Shown here: positions 1-14,700 of the stretch, piece by piece
Position numbering within the stretch: position 1 is the first letter of the stretch
Layout of the letters: each line of letters opens with the position of its first letter
Source: the human T2T-CHM13v2.0 reference genome, Homo sapiens
NCBI RefSeq assembly: GCF_009914755.1
Contig: NC_060930.1
Strand: one strand, 5' to 3'
Length of the DNA stretch: 64,000 bases
Made by a program: the position numbers and the translations under genes
Notes under the pieces: generated by a model
Told to the model about the DNA's origin: nothing
The model's input: the letters and a program-made list of their open reading frames with translations, nothing else
Databases searched by the model: none

Positions 1-674
1 TATGACTTAACTGCTGCCCTTTTAGAAGGTCAGCTTTCCCTATAGAGCCTGTACATCTCAGAAGATAGTAAGGGCCAAGTCCTGCAGGTTCAGAATAATC
101 TTGAAGATCTTCCAGAAAAATAGATTGAAACAAAAGTGAAAATAGTACTTCACTCTGGTTCAAAACAAGGACTACTCCCTGAGGAAAGAGTTTGGAGGAA
201 ATTAAACAGATTATAACTAAAGTAACTAGTAAGTTAGAGGATTTTTAGATTTAAATGTGAGAAGTATTAAGGTTTGTAATTTATATAAAAGCCATGAATA
301 AGATCAATTAGATTTTTTCACCAAATCCCTAAATTTTACATGCAGGACCAAAACCATGAAATTCAAAGAAGATATTTTTAGGATAAATAAATCACCTTTG
401 TGAGTGGAAAATTTATGATATGGACTACACCAAGTAGTAACATAAACTAGAGATACAAGTAAAATAGATCAAAATCATAAATCTAGATAATGGGAATCTG
501 GTTATGAGGGATTTTTTAAGCACAATAAAATAAAGACAATGATGTTTTCACATAAAATACTACTTGCCTTACTCTCAGTGTTTTAACATTGGGATCAATG
601 GACCATTTTTCTCACCCAGAGAATAATGGCAATTTATTCATTGCCATTATTTCAAGAGCATGGCCTCTTGGGCC

Positions 675-875
675 CACTTGCCTCTGTTCAAATCCTGGAT
701 CCATGACTAATCAGGTAAGTGATTGCTCAGGTCACTTAACTTCTGTTAGGGTTTTCTTAGCTCTAGAATAGTAAGTAATAACTCAGCCTACCTCTCAGGG
801 TTTTTGTGAAGATTCAATAAGATACTCCATGTAAAGCATTTAGCCCAGTGCAGGATATATAGTAATTGCTCAATT
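675..875 (+). mobile_element. MIR SINE
   Basis: gttcaaatcctgg...cacttaac...gtgaagattcaataagata...gtaaagcatttagcccagtg resembles the MIR core and tail. Confidence 0.7.
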
Positions 876-1049
876 GATTTTAAGTTTCCTCTATAATAAC
901 ATAAAATAAGCAATTTAAAATTTACTATCAAGTTAAATAAAGAAATAGACCCAGCATCCTCTTAAAGATTCAATTAGACCCTGAAAATTCTTTCTTCTTG
1001 TCTTCATGTATCTATCATAAAATGTTAGATCAATAACTTTACTACTGTG

Positions 1050-1420
1050 TATAATCAGCTAATGCTACAAAATGATGAATTACAAATAACTTCATAGTCT
1101 TGGTGGTTTACATTGTTAAATACTTATTTTTCTCACTCACTGGGGTGGGGTTGAAGTTTCGGTAGTCTCAACCAGACTCAGGTGGGCTTGGCCCAGGTCA
1201 AGGTCTGGGTTAGACCTGCTCCATGAGTTTTAATCCCCACCAGGGACATATAACAAGGCAAATATGAAAGCATATTTTAGGGCCCTATAACATTTCATGA
1301 GCCAAACCAAGTCACATTGCCAAGACCAACATTAAATGGGTCAGAAAAGTACAGTCTACCCTCAGTGCAAGGAGGGGGAGCAAATATACATTGAACAACT
1401 CTCCTAATGATCACTCCAGT
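1050..1420. mobile_element. Old MaLR (MLT1-type) LTR fragment
   Basis: ccaagtcacattgccaagaccaacatt...gggtcagaaaagtacagtctaccc resembles old MLT1 LTRs. Confidence 0.45.
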
Positions 1421-2934
1421 TGATACCAAAGGTGAGCAGAATTTTATAAGAAAGAAGGGTGTGGGGAAGGACTCTCACTGTAAACAAGATAGCTAGAAAT
1501 TGTACTCATGATTCATGCTTCACTTCAAAATAAAGAGTCAAATTTGACAAATACACAGGGGAAAATATAATGGAAGCATCAGACTATGTCCAAAAAGATC
1601 CAATAGACTCCATCATCTGGAGCTTCCAAAAGGATAGTGGCATGATCTCAAAAGTGCACATTGCATTGGCAACACAAAAATACACATTGTTACTCACTCG
1701 AGGAACATGCTCCATTCAACAGTGTTCTTATGTCTTTAAATTAGTATTTATTAAAGCAAGGATATATGCTGTTCAAATAAATTTAACAGAACCTGTAGAA
1801 GCATGGCACGACCTAATTTATGCTGACTGTAAAATACCATTCTAGAGTTTGTATGTCAATAGCAACACATTTCTTAGTCCCCTCTCACTGAAAAATATTG
1901 GATAAAAGCAAAAGCCTGAAGGAGGTAAAAAGATACAAGCATCATATGTCCAGAATCAAATGTATTGTGAGATCCCTGGCCAATGATATTGGTTACTTTG
2001 TAAATGAATTGGAAGTCCTAATTCTGCTTTAACTTAGAAATATGATTATCCTACAGCTTGTAAGAAATCAACTTTAATCCTCTTTTAAATGTCATTCTAC
2101 AAGTTCTCTGCTGTACAGGGGATGCAAATGAATTTTTCTTATCAAATCTTTTCTAATTCACTTTCCTTCCACAGGACATTCTCAGAAATAATTTAAGACT
2201 GAACTCAGGAACTTGCTCCAATATTGAATAACATATGTTTGAAGCATATTGTCTCTCCAACTAGCAAATTATTTCCGAATCACTGTTCAAAGCAGAGACC
2301 CTTACTCCTCCACACAAAAATTAAACATGAAATATTTCTGGCATATTATGTCCACATCTAAGCTGTGCTGTATATATTTTAGTGTCAGCTCAAAATAAAA
2401 CTTTTAAACTCCAGCATTGTCTACCCTATTCAAAAGAAACCCAACTTTCTTATTACGTAATCATAGCCAAGTTTTCAAGAGGTTGGGAGATATAACTAAA
2501 AACGCACCTTCTCCAGTTAGAGAAAAATAGTACTAGTACTTGCTCTTCCAGCATACAAAGAGAAAAATAAATATTGAAATGGAGTCCAAGTCCTGTTTAG
2601 TCTCAAATCTGTAGGATAATATGAAAAAAACTACATCTTCAAGCATAATTTTGAGTTGGAAAATAAATACAATTTTACTTGTGTGTTGATAATTAGGCCC
2701 TTTTAACGGCATAGCTATTAAAAAGTCCCTGTGAGTAACATGTAATATATAATCTGTATGACCTAAAACTGAACGTATACACTTGGTTGAACCCTTGATA
2801 CAGAAATTTAAAATGAAATTTATGAGGCTTCATTAACCATATGTGACCCTTCTAAGAAAGTCTTGGGATGCATGAGTTCTATTTCTTTGTCTGCTTCAGT
2901 GTAGACAGTTATATAAGTGGCTTTTCATTTGTGT

Positions 2935-3227
2935 GTTTGTTTGTTTTGTTTTGTTTGAGACAGACTCTCACTCTGTTTCCCAGTCTGGAGTGTGGTGGCA
3001 TAATCTTGGACCTCTGTCTCCCAGGTTCAAGAGATTCTCATGCCTCGTCCTCCTGAGGAGTTGGGATTACAAGGCCCCTGCCACCATACTGGCTAAATTT
3101 TTTTGTTTTTGGTAGAGACAGGTTTTCACCATGTTGGCCAGGCTGGTCTTGAACTCCTGTCATCAAGTGATCTGCCCGCCTCAGCCTCCCAAAATGCTGG
3201 GATTACAGGCAAGATTACTTGCCCAGC
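2935..3227 (-). mobile_element. Alu (AluS-like), antisense
   Basis: (GTTTT)n tail, then gagacag...ggctggtcttgaactcctg...gctgggattacaggc. Confidence 0.93.
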
Positions 3228-3460
3228 TTACGTAAGTGTTAAATGATTCCATTTACTCTATACCAGCATTACCTCTTTGGGTTTTTGAAGAAGTTATTAT
3301 ACCAGAGACAGATCAATGTTACATTTAGAGCTAGAAGAACATCAGTCAGTAATTGTTACTGTCTTTTTCTCCTAAGATACAGGTTTTTTTTTTTATTTTG
3401 TATCTCTGTGTGTGTGTGTGTATCATCTGGACACATTGTATATATACATACACATTCTTA

Positions 3461-3865
<405 letters not shown>

Positions 3866-4382
3866 TCATTAAACCTCAAAATAGCAAATAAACTAGGCTT
3901 GGCCGATCAGAAATAGCTTCCCCAGGTTTGATTCCAGGAGCTAGTAGAATAGAAAGCAGGGATGTTGGAGGATCCATGCTGGAGGCAGTGGCAGTGGTTC
4001 AGGATAGTATCCAGTGTTCAACAAGCAATGACAATCTTGTCCTCACCCAAATAATTGTAAGGCATGATTTATCCCTGAGATTCACACTTCTTGGGACCTT
4101 TACGCTGCCTGTTTTACAAAACAATTTCTGACAATTAAATAAACCATTTGAAATCTTTTAAATAACCTTCCTTTCTGCAAAATCACTTAAAATCCGTTTG
4201 GGTTGCTTGTAGCAAGAAATCTTGACTAAATACACTAGGGCTTTGCAGAAAAGATATCAAGGTATGAAGTATGCTAGCTGTGGTATGTGGCAATCTTTGA
4301 GGCAACCATGACATGTAACCAACCTCCTCGTCAGAATTACCTAAATTAAATAGTAGTAGCTGCTTACCTTAAAATTAAATTA

Positions 4383-4428
4383 TTAGGTTGGTGCAAAACT
4401 AATTGTGGGATTTGTCATTACATTTAAT
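4383..4428. mobile_element. Half MADE1 (Hsmar1-derived MITE)
   Basis: TA followed by TTAGGTTGGTGCAAAA...AATTG...CATTAC.TTTAAT matches one MADE1 terminal inverted repeat. Confidence 0.75.
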
Positions 4429-4689
4429 ATTTAGCAACAACTGTAGATTTTAAGTAAAGTTAACAGACTTAAAATACATTCCTAAAATTATATTCTTTGA
4501 CTACCCACACAGGTGGTTTCTACACCACTCTCACCTCTTAAATATACTGCAAACATCTTATGCTAATTATTTTCATTAGCTTCTTAAAAAAAAAAATCAT
4601 TCTATACCTTCCTGTGCCTTTTTTGGTTCCCTAGTAGGCTTGACTGCAGCTTGCATAATTTGAGCTCCCTGACCATTTTATTTATCTAA

Positions 4690-5110
4690 TTGGATTTTTC
4701 AGTTGCTGGCAATAATGGCACAATGTCTTTGGCAGCAGTTGTGCCCCGCCTTGACCACAGCTCCTGCTGAATATGTGTAGCTCCTGTAGGGTATGAAAGA
4801 GCAACAAGATAACAAGAACCTGGAGGGCTGAGTGTTGTCTGGGTGTTGTCTTCATCCGTTTGGTTGAAGCTGGGTGATGTCCACCAAAGGAATGAGGAAG
4901 GCAATACATGGAAAGTGCATAATTTCCTTTTAAGTGAAGAATGTAGAAGTTACACACATCAATTCAACTCACATTCAATTGGAAAGAATTTAATCGTATG
5001 GCCACGCCTAGCTGCCAGAGAGGCTGAGAAATGAGGTCTCCAGCTGGATAGCCATATGTAACATCAACATAACTATGGGATAAGGGAGAATGCATATGAG
5101 GGAACAACTA
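4690..5110. mobile_element. Old MaLR (MLT1-type) LTR fragment
   Basis: atggccacgcctagctgccagagaggctgagaaatg motif typical of old MLT1 LTRs. Confidence 0.5.
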
Positions 5111-5554
5111 CTCATCTTATACAAAAGCTGTCATGAGGATTCAAAAAGCATATGAAGAGTGCCTTGTCCTTAATAAACAGCACATAAATGTTGGTTTCCT
5201 CTCTCTGCATACTTTCCTACCCAATAAGCTCAGAGAGCATTCCTGTCATGGAAAGTTATTACACGCAGTTCTCTCTGTATGGCACAAAACTCCCATTATT
5301 GTTTCCTAATTGAGTTTAATGTGTGCCACTAAATCACTGAGAGCCATCTGCTCCATCACTCCTTTTACATTTACCCAAAGTCTATGTGCAAGTACCAACA
5401 CAGCATGGTTAGAGTTTATTTCTTGCTTTCATTATGTTTAGAACTAATTTTCAGTAACTTAGTAGAAAAATTAAAAAATAGAGTGCTTATATTCAAGTTG
5501 TAAGACATTCTGCTAGCTTGGCTGTAGCTTGAGAGTTATAGTGAAAACCCAGTT

Positions 5555-5995
5555 TAAAAAAATTGATTTTATGTTTTAGAGCAGTTTGAGGTTTACAGAA
5601 AAATAGCAGTGTGGTGTATTTGTTACAATTGATGGATGAATACTGATTCAACATTATTATTATTAATAGAAATCCATAGTTTACATGAGGCTCACACTTT
5701 GTGTTATACAGTTCCATGGGTTGTGACAAATGCATAGTGTCATATAGCCGGCATTATAGTATCATACAGAACAGTTCCACTGTCCTAAAAAGGCCCTGAT
5801 CTCCACCTATTCATAGCTCCCCCTTTTCTGTGAATCACTGGTAACCACCAATCTTTTTAAACACTTAACAAGTTGCCCCTATTCCATCAGACATAAGTTC
5901 CTATGGTTTTGACTTTTCCAGAATATCATATAGTTGGAATCATACAGTATGTAGCCTTTTCAGAGTGGCTTTTTTCGCTTAGCAATATGCATTTT
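5555..5995 (-). mobile_element. L1MC-type LINE 3' end
   Basis: gagcagtttgaggtttacagaaaaat...atttgttacaattgatg...catatagttggaatcatacagtatgtagccttttcaga. Confidence 0.8.
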
Positions 5996-6039
5996 TAAAT
6001 ATCGAACTATTTTATATTTTAGGTGTTTTATTATTTGCT

Positions 6040-6648
6040 TTTTAATTGACAAATTAAAATTCTATCTATTTATGGTGTCCAATATGATGTTTTAAAATAT
6101 GTATACATTGTGGAATGGCTAAATTGAGCTAATTAGCATATGCATTGCCTCACATATTTATTTGGGGTGAGAACCCTTTAAAACTATTTTCTTAGCAATT
6201 TTCTAGTATGCAATATGTTGTTATTATCTAAGTTACTATGTTGTATAATATGGTGACTATAGCATTCCCCCTTGAAAGCATTCCTCCTATTTAACTAAAA
6301 TGTTGTATCCTTTGGTAAATATCACCCCAGTCCATCACCTCAGTCCCCTCCATCCCCTAGTCCTTAATCACCACTATTCTACTCCCTGCCTCTATGAATT
6401 CAACTTTTTTAGATTCCACACATAAAGGAGATCATGAGGTGTTTCTCTTTCTGTGCCAAACTTATTGCATTTAATGTAGTATCTTCCAGGTTCATCCATG
6501 TGGTTGTAGATGACAGAATTTTCTTCTTTCTTAAGGCTGAATAGTATTTCATTATGTGCATATCACATTTTTTTATCCATTCATTCACTGATGGACACTT
6601 AGACGCTATAATGAACATGGGAACATTCATTATAGCATTATTCACAAA
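6040..6648 (-). mobile_element. L1MA-type LINE 3' end
   Basis: atacattgtggaatggctaaattgagctaatt...ttagattccacacata...ccaggttcatccatgt. Reverse ORF 6409..6645 reads like the L1 ORF2 tail (KCPSVNEWIKK...TTWMNLED). Confidence 0.88.
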
Positions 6649-9600
6649 ACCATGGTTTCCTGTGTTCAGGATAAGTTTACCTTGAAAAACTTCTTAAAAG
6701 TTAATTTTTAAAAAGCAATAAGTAATAATGGAAAGGTAGTATATAGGTGTCAAAGTGCCAAGTGTTAAAGTTCACTCATACAAGACAAACTTCAGCAATA
6801 ACCAACCCCTTATTTACTTACTGTAATGATGTAAGCAAGAGACAGAAATAGGCACCAGTTCTCTAATGTTCTATATGTCCCCATACAACAGCACCAAGAG
6901 AGGATCAGATAACATGCAGCACAGGTGGGAAGGATTCTCTCACTCTCTAGGAAGCCAAACCTCTAGGAAGAGGTTCTGAGTTCTTCTGGAGTTCTTCCTG
7001 GAGGAAGTAGCAGTGCAAGTTCTTGACTGCAACTCCCTCCAAAAGAATACAGTACACTGGCTGTGCAACAAACCTAGTGTGGGGAGAATAACTGTCCCTC
7101 ATAAAGCCTGACATGCAAGCCCTTTGTCATTGCCTGTAGTAGAGCCTGAAAGATCACACATGGTTTTTTGTGTGTATCCTTTGCTTAAAATGTAATGTAA
7201 TATGTCTATCCTTTGCTTAAAATCTTTAGTTGATCTCAAAGTCTCCAAGATTAACTGTGAACGTCTTTACTTGACACATTCTCAGTCTAGTTTCAACAAA
7301 GACACTTGTACTTCACTTGTGCAAAAACATTCTCCATGATAGTCCTGTTAAACTACTAGGTTTCACCAAATATACTATACAACTTTCTATCTATTCTAAG
7401 GCTTTTCCGATGTGCTTTTCTTAGCATAGAGTGTAATTCATCTAGTTTCTAGTTCATACTTTCCTTGTAATCATTAAATATCTAATTCAAATATTACCTC
7501 TTCAGGGAAGATTTCTCTGGAATCCAAGAGATCGATAGCTCCACACTTCAATTTCAGAGGTAATCTACAAATCTCTGTTCTATTACAATTTCACTCTAAC
7601 GTTTTGGAAGCCATCAAGCCAAGTCAATAAGTCTAATTATGGCCAAATATTCTGTGATCTGTATTTCTCCAATATCCATTCTCCTCTCTTTTATAGTAAT
7701 AGAAGTTTAGTTGGTCTCACTGTTTCTCCAAATAAGACTACATTTCCCAACTTCCACTGAAGGTAGATGTACCCATTGACCATGTTTTGAATAAAAATAC
7801 TGTTTGCATTTTCCTGATAGTGCCTTTAAAATGTGGAATAGGGCCATTTCTTGCTCTTTCACTTTTCCGTGGGCTAAATGGTAGATATGATAGAAGTGAA
7901 GCATTCATTTAAGGCCAGATGAATTGTAAAAATGGCAGAGCATGAAAAAGACCCTCTTTTTATGCTAACATAGTTAGCATATTGTCTAGAACGTAGTATG
8001 TGTCAAATCAATAATTACTAAGAACTACATTTCTGTGGACACAGGGCAAATGTTAAAACAATAAGGCAAATATAGATCTATTGATTTCCTAAGGCAAGTG
8101 AGAGTGGGACACCATGGCAGTTACCAACATAATTAGCCATTGGGTTGGGTAAAGCCAAAAAGTAGTATTCAGCTTTGTAAGGATAAATATATTTTTTTAA
8201 TCTTTATCTGGACCAAAGATGAAATAAGGACTACTATAATTGGTAGAGGGCATTTAAGGAAAGGCAGAAATATAAACATACAAAAATAGAAATAAAAGGG
8301 AACTGACCACCTAGAACGACTTCAAAATTTTACCTGGAGAATATATATTACAAAATTCTAGCAATTATTAATTGCTCCCTCCAACTGTAAAAGTTTTGGA
8401 AATACTATAAGATTTCTTGTGCTAAAAAAAAAAAAAAAAATCTCCAAAGGTAAGTGTCCCAGCCCATATGGTGGACATTTTTCCAGCTTTAAAAGTCATT
8501 CAGGATCTTTTTCACTGCATTCTGTTAGTTAAAAAGAAACATTAAGGTCAGTCTAGGTTCAAGGCTAAAGAACATACACACACACATGCTTCTCGGTGGA
8601 AAGAGTATAAAAGATTTTGTGAACAAGTGATAAAACCTTCACTTGATAAGTTGTTATATTTGTAGACTAAGGTCCTAAAGTTTTTATATGTGTATTCTGG
8701 GCCTGAGTTACTGAACATAACACATTATTTCTAATACTATAAATCAAACATTATTTAAGCAAAGCTATTACACAGCACATAGTATATATTTTTTAATTAT
8801 AATGGCATCCTTTACCCTAAGTCTTCTTTTCAAAGTTTGTAAATATATTTCAAATGTAACAGACAGAATATATTAGCAAAAACATGTTTGTCATAGCAGA
8901 AACTTCCTCAAAATAGTTTTTCAAAATACAAATTAGATGTAAATGTTATGTATATTTATAGACAACAGATGATATTAGAAAGCCTTGTAGATATGTTTCC
9001 CAAAACTTTCCTACCCTACAATCACCATTAGAAATTATGTATTTTTTACAAAGCTGCATCTTTAGCCTAAAAGCTCATACGGGCGGTTCTATGGCTTACT
9101 AATTTTAATTGTCATTATTTCAATTAGGAGTCATTCATCCCAATTTATTCTGGATCAAGTCTAATTTCTGAGTCTGCAGTAGTCGGTTAGACTATTGCTT
9201 TAAAAGAAGCTCAATTTATTGTTCAGTGGCAGGAATATTATTCTTATTTGGGGAAGTCTAAATTGTACAGCTGGCCTGAAAATGATCACATACAAACAAA
9301 ATCTACCAAACTTGACTCTAGCCTCATGCTTTCAGTTTGATATGCTATGACCTGCACTTCTGCCCTAATGTGTCTCTCTTATCTAGTTATCATCCAAGCA
9401 GTCTCGTGGGAATTTCAGGTTTATGCTTTGAATGTGAGTATCATTTCCTTTCTTAGAACAAAAAAAGAGAGTTTCCCAGAAAGAAAAAGGCTTTATATAA
9501 AGGACAAAATGATAGGTATATTCTAATATTAAAGTGGGAAGAAATAAAATCTATAGAAGAAAAGCTAGATGTTGAAAATGTGAATAAATTATTATAATTC

Positions 9601-10337
9601 TGTTACTTTGATTTTCAATACCACATGTCAATGACTAGGTTATGACCATGCTTCTTTACAATGTCCCTCTTCACCACATCCCAGAAAACTCAACCTACAC
9701 CACTGTCTGCTCCACTTTATGAAGTCACATTTTGATACCAGAGTTTGCCATTCATAATGTTTTGTTATGTATTTTTAACTTTTTTCTATGTACATACTGT
9801 TGTCCCAACTCGATTTTAAGTTCCCCAAACAGCAAAAATAAATGTTTCATGTATTTTTCAATGTCTTCTTTACTATCTGATATTACAGGTATATAAATAT
9901 AATTGGTGCTTAACAACTACTTGTCATGATTTTAATTTCACTACCTTATTGCAAATCAACATGTTAAACTTATATCTAAAGAAAGGTAAAAGAACTAACA
10001 TTGATTATCAGAATCAGTTTAATTTTGAGTAGTTTCTTGAAAATAAAACAAATTTTTATGATGTAAAATCAAATCAGACCCTGATTAACTATTAAGAAAG
10101 CAATAATAATGAATTTTGTTTTAACAAAGGGTTAGTTATTCCACAATAATACAAGATAAAGGAGGTTTGTGGGAGTAAACATAACAAAATATAAATTTTC
10201 AGAGAAAATTAATAAAAGTTGAAATAATTATGATTATTTAAACTTTGTTGACTAAAATTCCCATATTATGTTTACATAGAAACAAACTAAAAACAGTGAC
10301 TCAAAGAAGACAACTTTTAACTTATATAAGAATGGCA

Positions 10338-10447
10338 TCACTCAAGCCCAGTAGAGTTTAAGGCTGCAATGAGCTATGATCACACCAGCCTGGGCCACAG
10401 AGTAAGCAAGACTCTGTCTCAAAGAAAAATGAAAACAAAAACAAAAG
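10338..10447 (+). mobile_element. Truncated AluJ/FLAM-type monomer with TSD
   Basis: ggctgcaatgagctatgatcacacc...gactctgtctcaaa. AAGAATGGCA is duplicated at 10328-10337 and 10448-10457. Confidence 0.8.
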
Positions 10448-10527
10448 AAGAATGGCAAATGGCATGACAGGACTAGGAATGAAAACTTCAGGAGTTGAAA
10501 ATGTTCAGTTATAACTAAAGAAGATCA

Positions 10528-10820
<293 letters not shown>

Positions 10821-13449
10821 GAATCAAAGAAGGTCAAAGCATGAAGAAATCTTAAAGATGCTTGATATACCTACCTAACATTAGAGACGAAGTATCTAAG
10901 ACCAAGAGAGCTTCTGAGATTTGCCATGGGTATGAAAATTAGTGACTAAACTGGGAACAGAAAACATCTCTCTTCCAGTGCCCTTTTTATAACAATATAC
11001 GGATATCCACACACCTATCATGAAGAATAATGCACATTGGCTCATTTGTAAACTCTGTTATTTTGAATTCCTTAACAACGTTCTTCTCTTCCAAGGAATG
11101 CTTCAAATTTTCCACTTATTGTCTCTTTTCACCATCTGCATGATATGTCAATAACGTATTAACTGCCAGCCTTCCTGGTGGGCAGAGGAAATCAAATTGT
11201 CCATTTCATATAACACATGATGGACAAAGGAAAAACCTGGATTGGCATGTATTCTTCACCAGTCCGAGGGTACTCAAACTTCAACGAGAGAGAAAATTTG
11301 GACAATCAAGTGTTGATTTTTATATTCAAATATCTCACTGTATTCTTAAAAATTAATTCCATCAAAATTGATGCAAATTTTTAATTTTTAAACATGTATC
11401 TTTAAATCAGTTCATTGGCTTGTACTCCATGGTGTTCTTGCCAAAGAAGGAAAGAACTCAGCTTTTTTCATTAGTTTAGGATGTTTCCAAAGTATGTAAT
11501 TAGCAAAAAATTCAGAAAATTTACTGTGAGTAAAAATCAGCAGGCTGCTTGCACAGAATTATTTAATGAATAAACACATTCTTCTAGATAAAGGTTTTGA
11601 TCCCTTTTTGCCTGGGAACTTACTGCCCAGTAAATTATATAAATCATGTCCAAAAATAAGTAGGTGGACCAAGAAGTAAATTATCAGGGCCAGATGCAGA
11701 TGCATAATACAGACAATATATGCTCCAGTAGTTCAGTGGAAGGAGAAGTGCTTAGAGAGAGGGCTGGAGGGGTGGAGAGGTGGGGGATGGGGTGTGGCTA
11801 ATATAACTGGACTGGATGCTGCTGCTACAAAGAACTTCCTCAGAAGAAAATAAGAATGATTCTGCAATTAAATCCTTTGAAGGGTTGTTTCACTGTCACC
11901 ATATAGACAGCTTTTGAATGCAATATGTAGGACAGCATATCCAACTGAAGTGTAAAAATCCTTTTCAAAAAAAGCATTTTCCTTATTACCTTAGGATCAA
12001 ATAATAAATAATAATAATAAATGCAGCTTGAGGAGGAAAAGCCACACTCCCATTTATTCTTTTTTTGTGTGTGTTTCACCTTAAAAGAAGCTTTGATAGT
12101 TTTATACATCACTCAGCATCCAGCTCATTTCCGTATTGGTGTGTTAACCTTCTCCCTCTGGACGCTTGGGATATTAATATTATCCTCTGTAACAATCAGC
12201 AGAAGAAATAAAGCATTTACACAAATACTGCAAATTAGATTAAACTGCAGTTCTGATGTAACCCTGTGACATACAGTTTCTTGCGAATTAAGCCAAATGT
12301 ACAAGCATTTAATGACTAATCCTTTTAGGTATTTTAATGCCCACATGAAGATTTATTGAGGAGAAAGGGAAAGCATATGCGATTTTCCGTTAGAGCCTGC
12401 CTGCGGGCGGAGGATTGAGCAGATTGGCTTTTTTTAATTAATATTTCAGTTCTTTGTGTTTTGGCGGGCAGGTTGCACGTGGCCCTGGTACTGAACGGAC
12501 AGCTCCTTTCTCTCAGGCTGTGTGCAGGGGGCTAGCATTCTAGGAGGGCAGTGGCAGACCCTGGAGACAGGAAAGGAGAAAAGGAGGGGGCGGGAAAATG
12601 AGATGAAGTGCTGTGGCCCCCCTTTCTTCTACCCCACACAGCCATAGGCTTACCTCCTCCAGAAATTAACCTACTGATCTATATTGGTAGAATTAGTCAT
12701 ACTAGAAGCCTTCTCAGTTCAGCCACAAAAGGGGAGGAGAAAGCTTGTCAGACCCTCCTCCTTCCCCTGGGCTTACTACAAACAACTTTTCTGATGCTAG
12801 GAGGAGACCTTTGAAGATAAGAAGGGCAAATTCGCCTGCATTTTAGGAATCTTCCTGCAGATGGGAGGATTCTAACTAATGAAGTCTCCAGGATCACACT
12901 TTGTTTTTAATGTTATGAAATCTTGTTGAATAAAGTAATATATGGTGTGTGTGTATGTGTGTCTGTGTGTGTGTGCATATGGTGGGGGGAAAGAAATAGA
13001 TGTAGATTTAAATACAGAGCCTTACTTTAAATAAGGCCTTAACTTTAAAAAGTCAATGATCCTGAAGACCTTCTTCTTTTCTATTTAATCTTATTACATA
13101 ACACTTTCAAAACACAGTTTTAACTTTGTTTTGAAAGTTTATCTTAGCATGAGAAGGGGAGGTAAAGAATTGCGAGCTCTTGGTAACTACACATTTCATC
13201 TAAGTAGCTGAAAACTTCAAATTGTTGCCATACAACTATGAACTAGAAGACTTAAGCATGTTTTTAAAAAATTGCATCTTCAGTGTCAGTGTAGATACCC
13301 TCTGAGTCCAGGCCTCCTAAGCAAAATACATTAGGCATGTGTCAAATATGTCACACATTTGTGTTAAACTAGAGATCTAGAGCATGTATTTCTATTTACA
13401 TTTTTCTCTTTATGGCAGATATTGCAATTGCTTTTCATTTTCACTTCTC

Positions 13450-13760
13450 TCCTTCTTCTGGGAATAGGGGAAGAGATTACACTCTCCAGATGCCCTATGA
13501 TTAAGCAGAGCCACATGACTAGATCTGGCCAATGTGTTTCTGGAACCAATAACTTATTTACTTGCAGAAGACCGTCCAGCACCCTCCACCTTATGATGAT
13601 GCAGAAATAAATATCTCACTAGATCCCTGTGCTGCCAAATGGAGAACAGCTCCCTGGTGAGGTATTCAGACTCACAGTGAATTGTGTGTTTGAGAGAAAT
13701 AACTTTTTGTTGTGTTAAACCACAGAGATTTGTGAGTTGTTTGTTACTCACAGTATAGTG
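13450..13760. mobile_element. MLT1-type LTR fragment
   Basis: ccacatgactagatctggccaatg, and the terminal gagaaataac...tgttgtgttaaaccac...gttgtttgttact. Confidence 0.6.
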
Positions 13761-13849
13761 TCTCCTAATGAGATTAATTAACTTCTTTGAAAAAAGCTGT
13801 ATGCTGTGTATGCATGGTCAGGATGGTCAATTATTGGCTATTCTGGGAC

Positions 13850-14110
13850 ATTATAAAACAATGCAAATTCAACAGAAATGAAATGCAAGCCACATATGTA
13901 ATTTTAAATTTTCTAGTGGCTACATTAAAAAAGAACAGGCAAATTGACTTTTAATAATACATTCTATCAGCATTTCCAAAATATTATCATTATAATTAAT
14001 ATGAAATTATGAAATATTTTACATTCTCTTTTTCATATTAAGTATTTGAAAATCAAATGTGTATTTTATACTTACAGTATATCTCAATTTGGACTAGCTT
14101 TATTTCAAAT
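13850..14110. mobile_element. MER33/MER3-like hAT-Charlie DNA element, left part (resumes near 15052-15105)
   Basis: aagccacatatgtaattttaaattttctagtggctacattaaaaa...atctcaatttggactagc. Continuation ctcaatagccacatgtggcta...gacagcacag after 15050. Confidence 0.7.
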
Positions 14111-14114
14111 TGCC

Positions 14115-14690
14115 AATGCTTTCTAACCAAAGACCACCAAGCACACAGCTGTAGTTGAAATTTGGTTTACAACTTTCATCAAGAAAGGGCACATGTCATG
14201 GGAAACCACTGAACATCAGAGTAAAACAGTGTTAGAAAGGATTTGGACTTTGGTTGGATAATTTCAGAAATTGTCCAAAAAAGCAGTGGTTCACACTGTA
14301 TTGAATTACCTCAGAAAACAGGAAGAACTCTGGTTGGGTACCTCAACAAACTTTTTATACAGTGTAAATACTTGAATGGCCCTGGAGCTATAAATGGTTA
14401 AGAAGTAGCAGTCACTCCTATTGGCCAGAGGAGGAGAATGTTTGGTATTTTGTGGCTTAAACAATGTTCATGTTTTGTCTGTGTGCAGGCATTACTAGAG
14501 TTATTACTTTCATCTTCATCCATCATGGTCACAGAGAGGCCCTGCCTGATATTGATGTTCTATAAGATTGTGCTCAACGGGAGAGCACAAAGACCTAACT
14601 GTGAGTGCCAGACCAGCTTGCAGGAAAACTAAGTTCTCACCAATAGTACTAGGCCAACTCCTAATATCAGGGGATACTGTTGTTGTTTCC
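14115..14690. mobile_element. Probable ERVL-class solo LTR nested in the MER33-like element (family not determined)
   Basis: About 575 bp block interrupting the DNA element, with LTR-like sequence. Identified by eye only. Confidence 0.4.
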
Positions 14691-14700
14691 TCCAAGTGTT

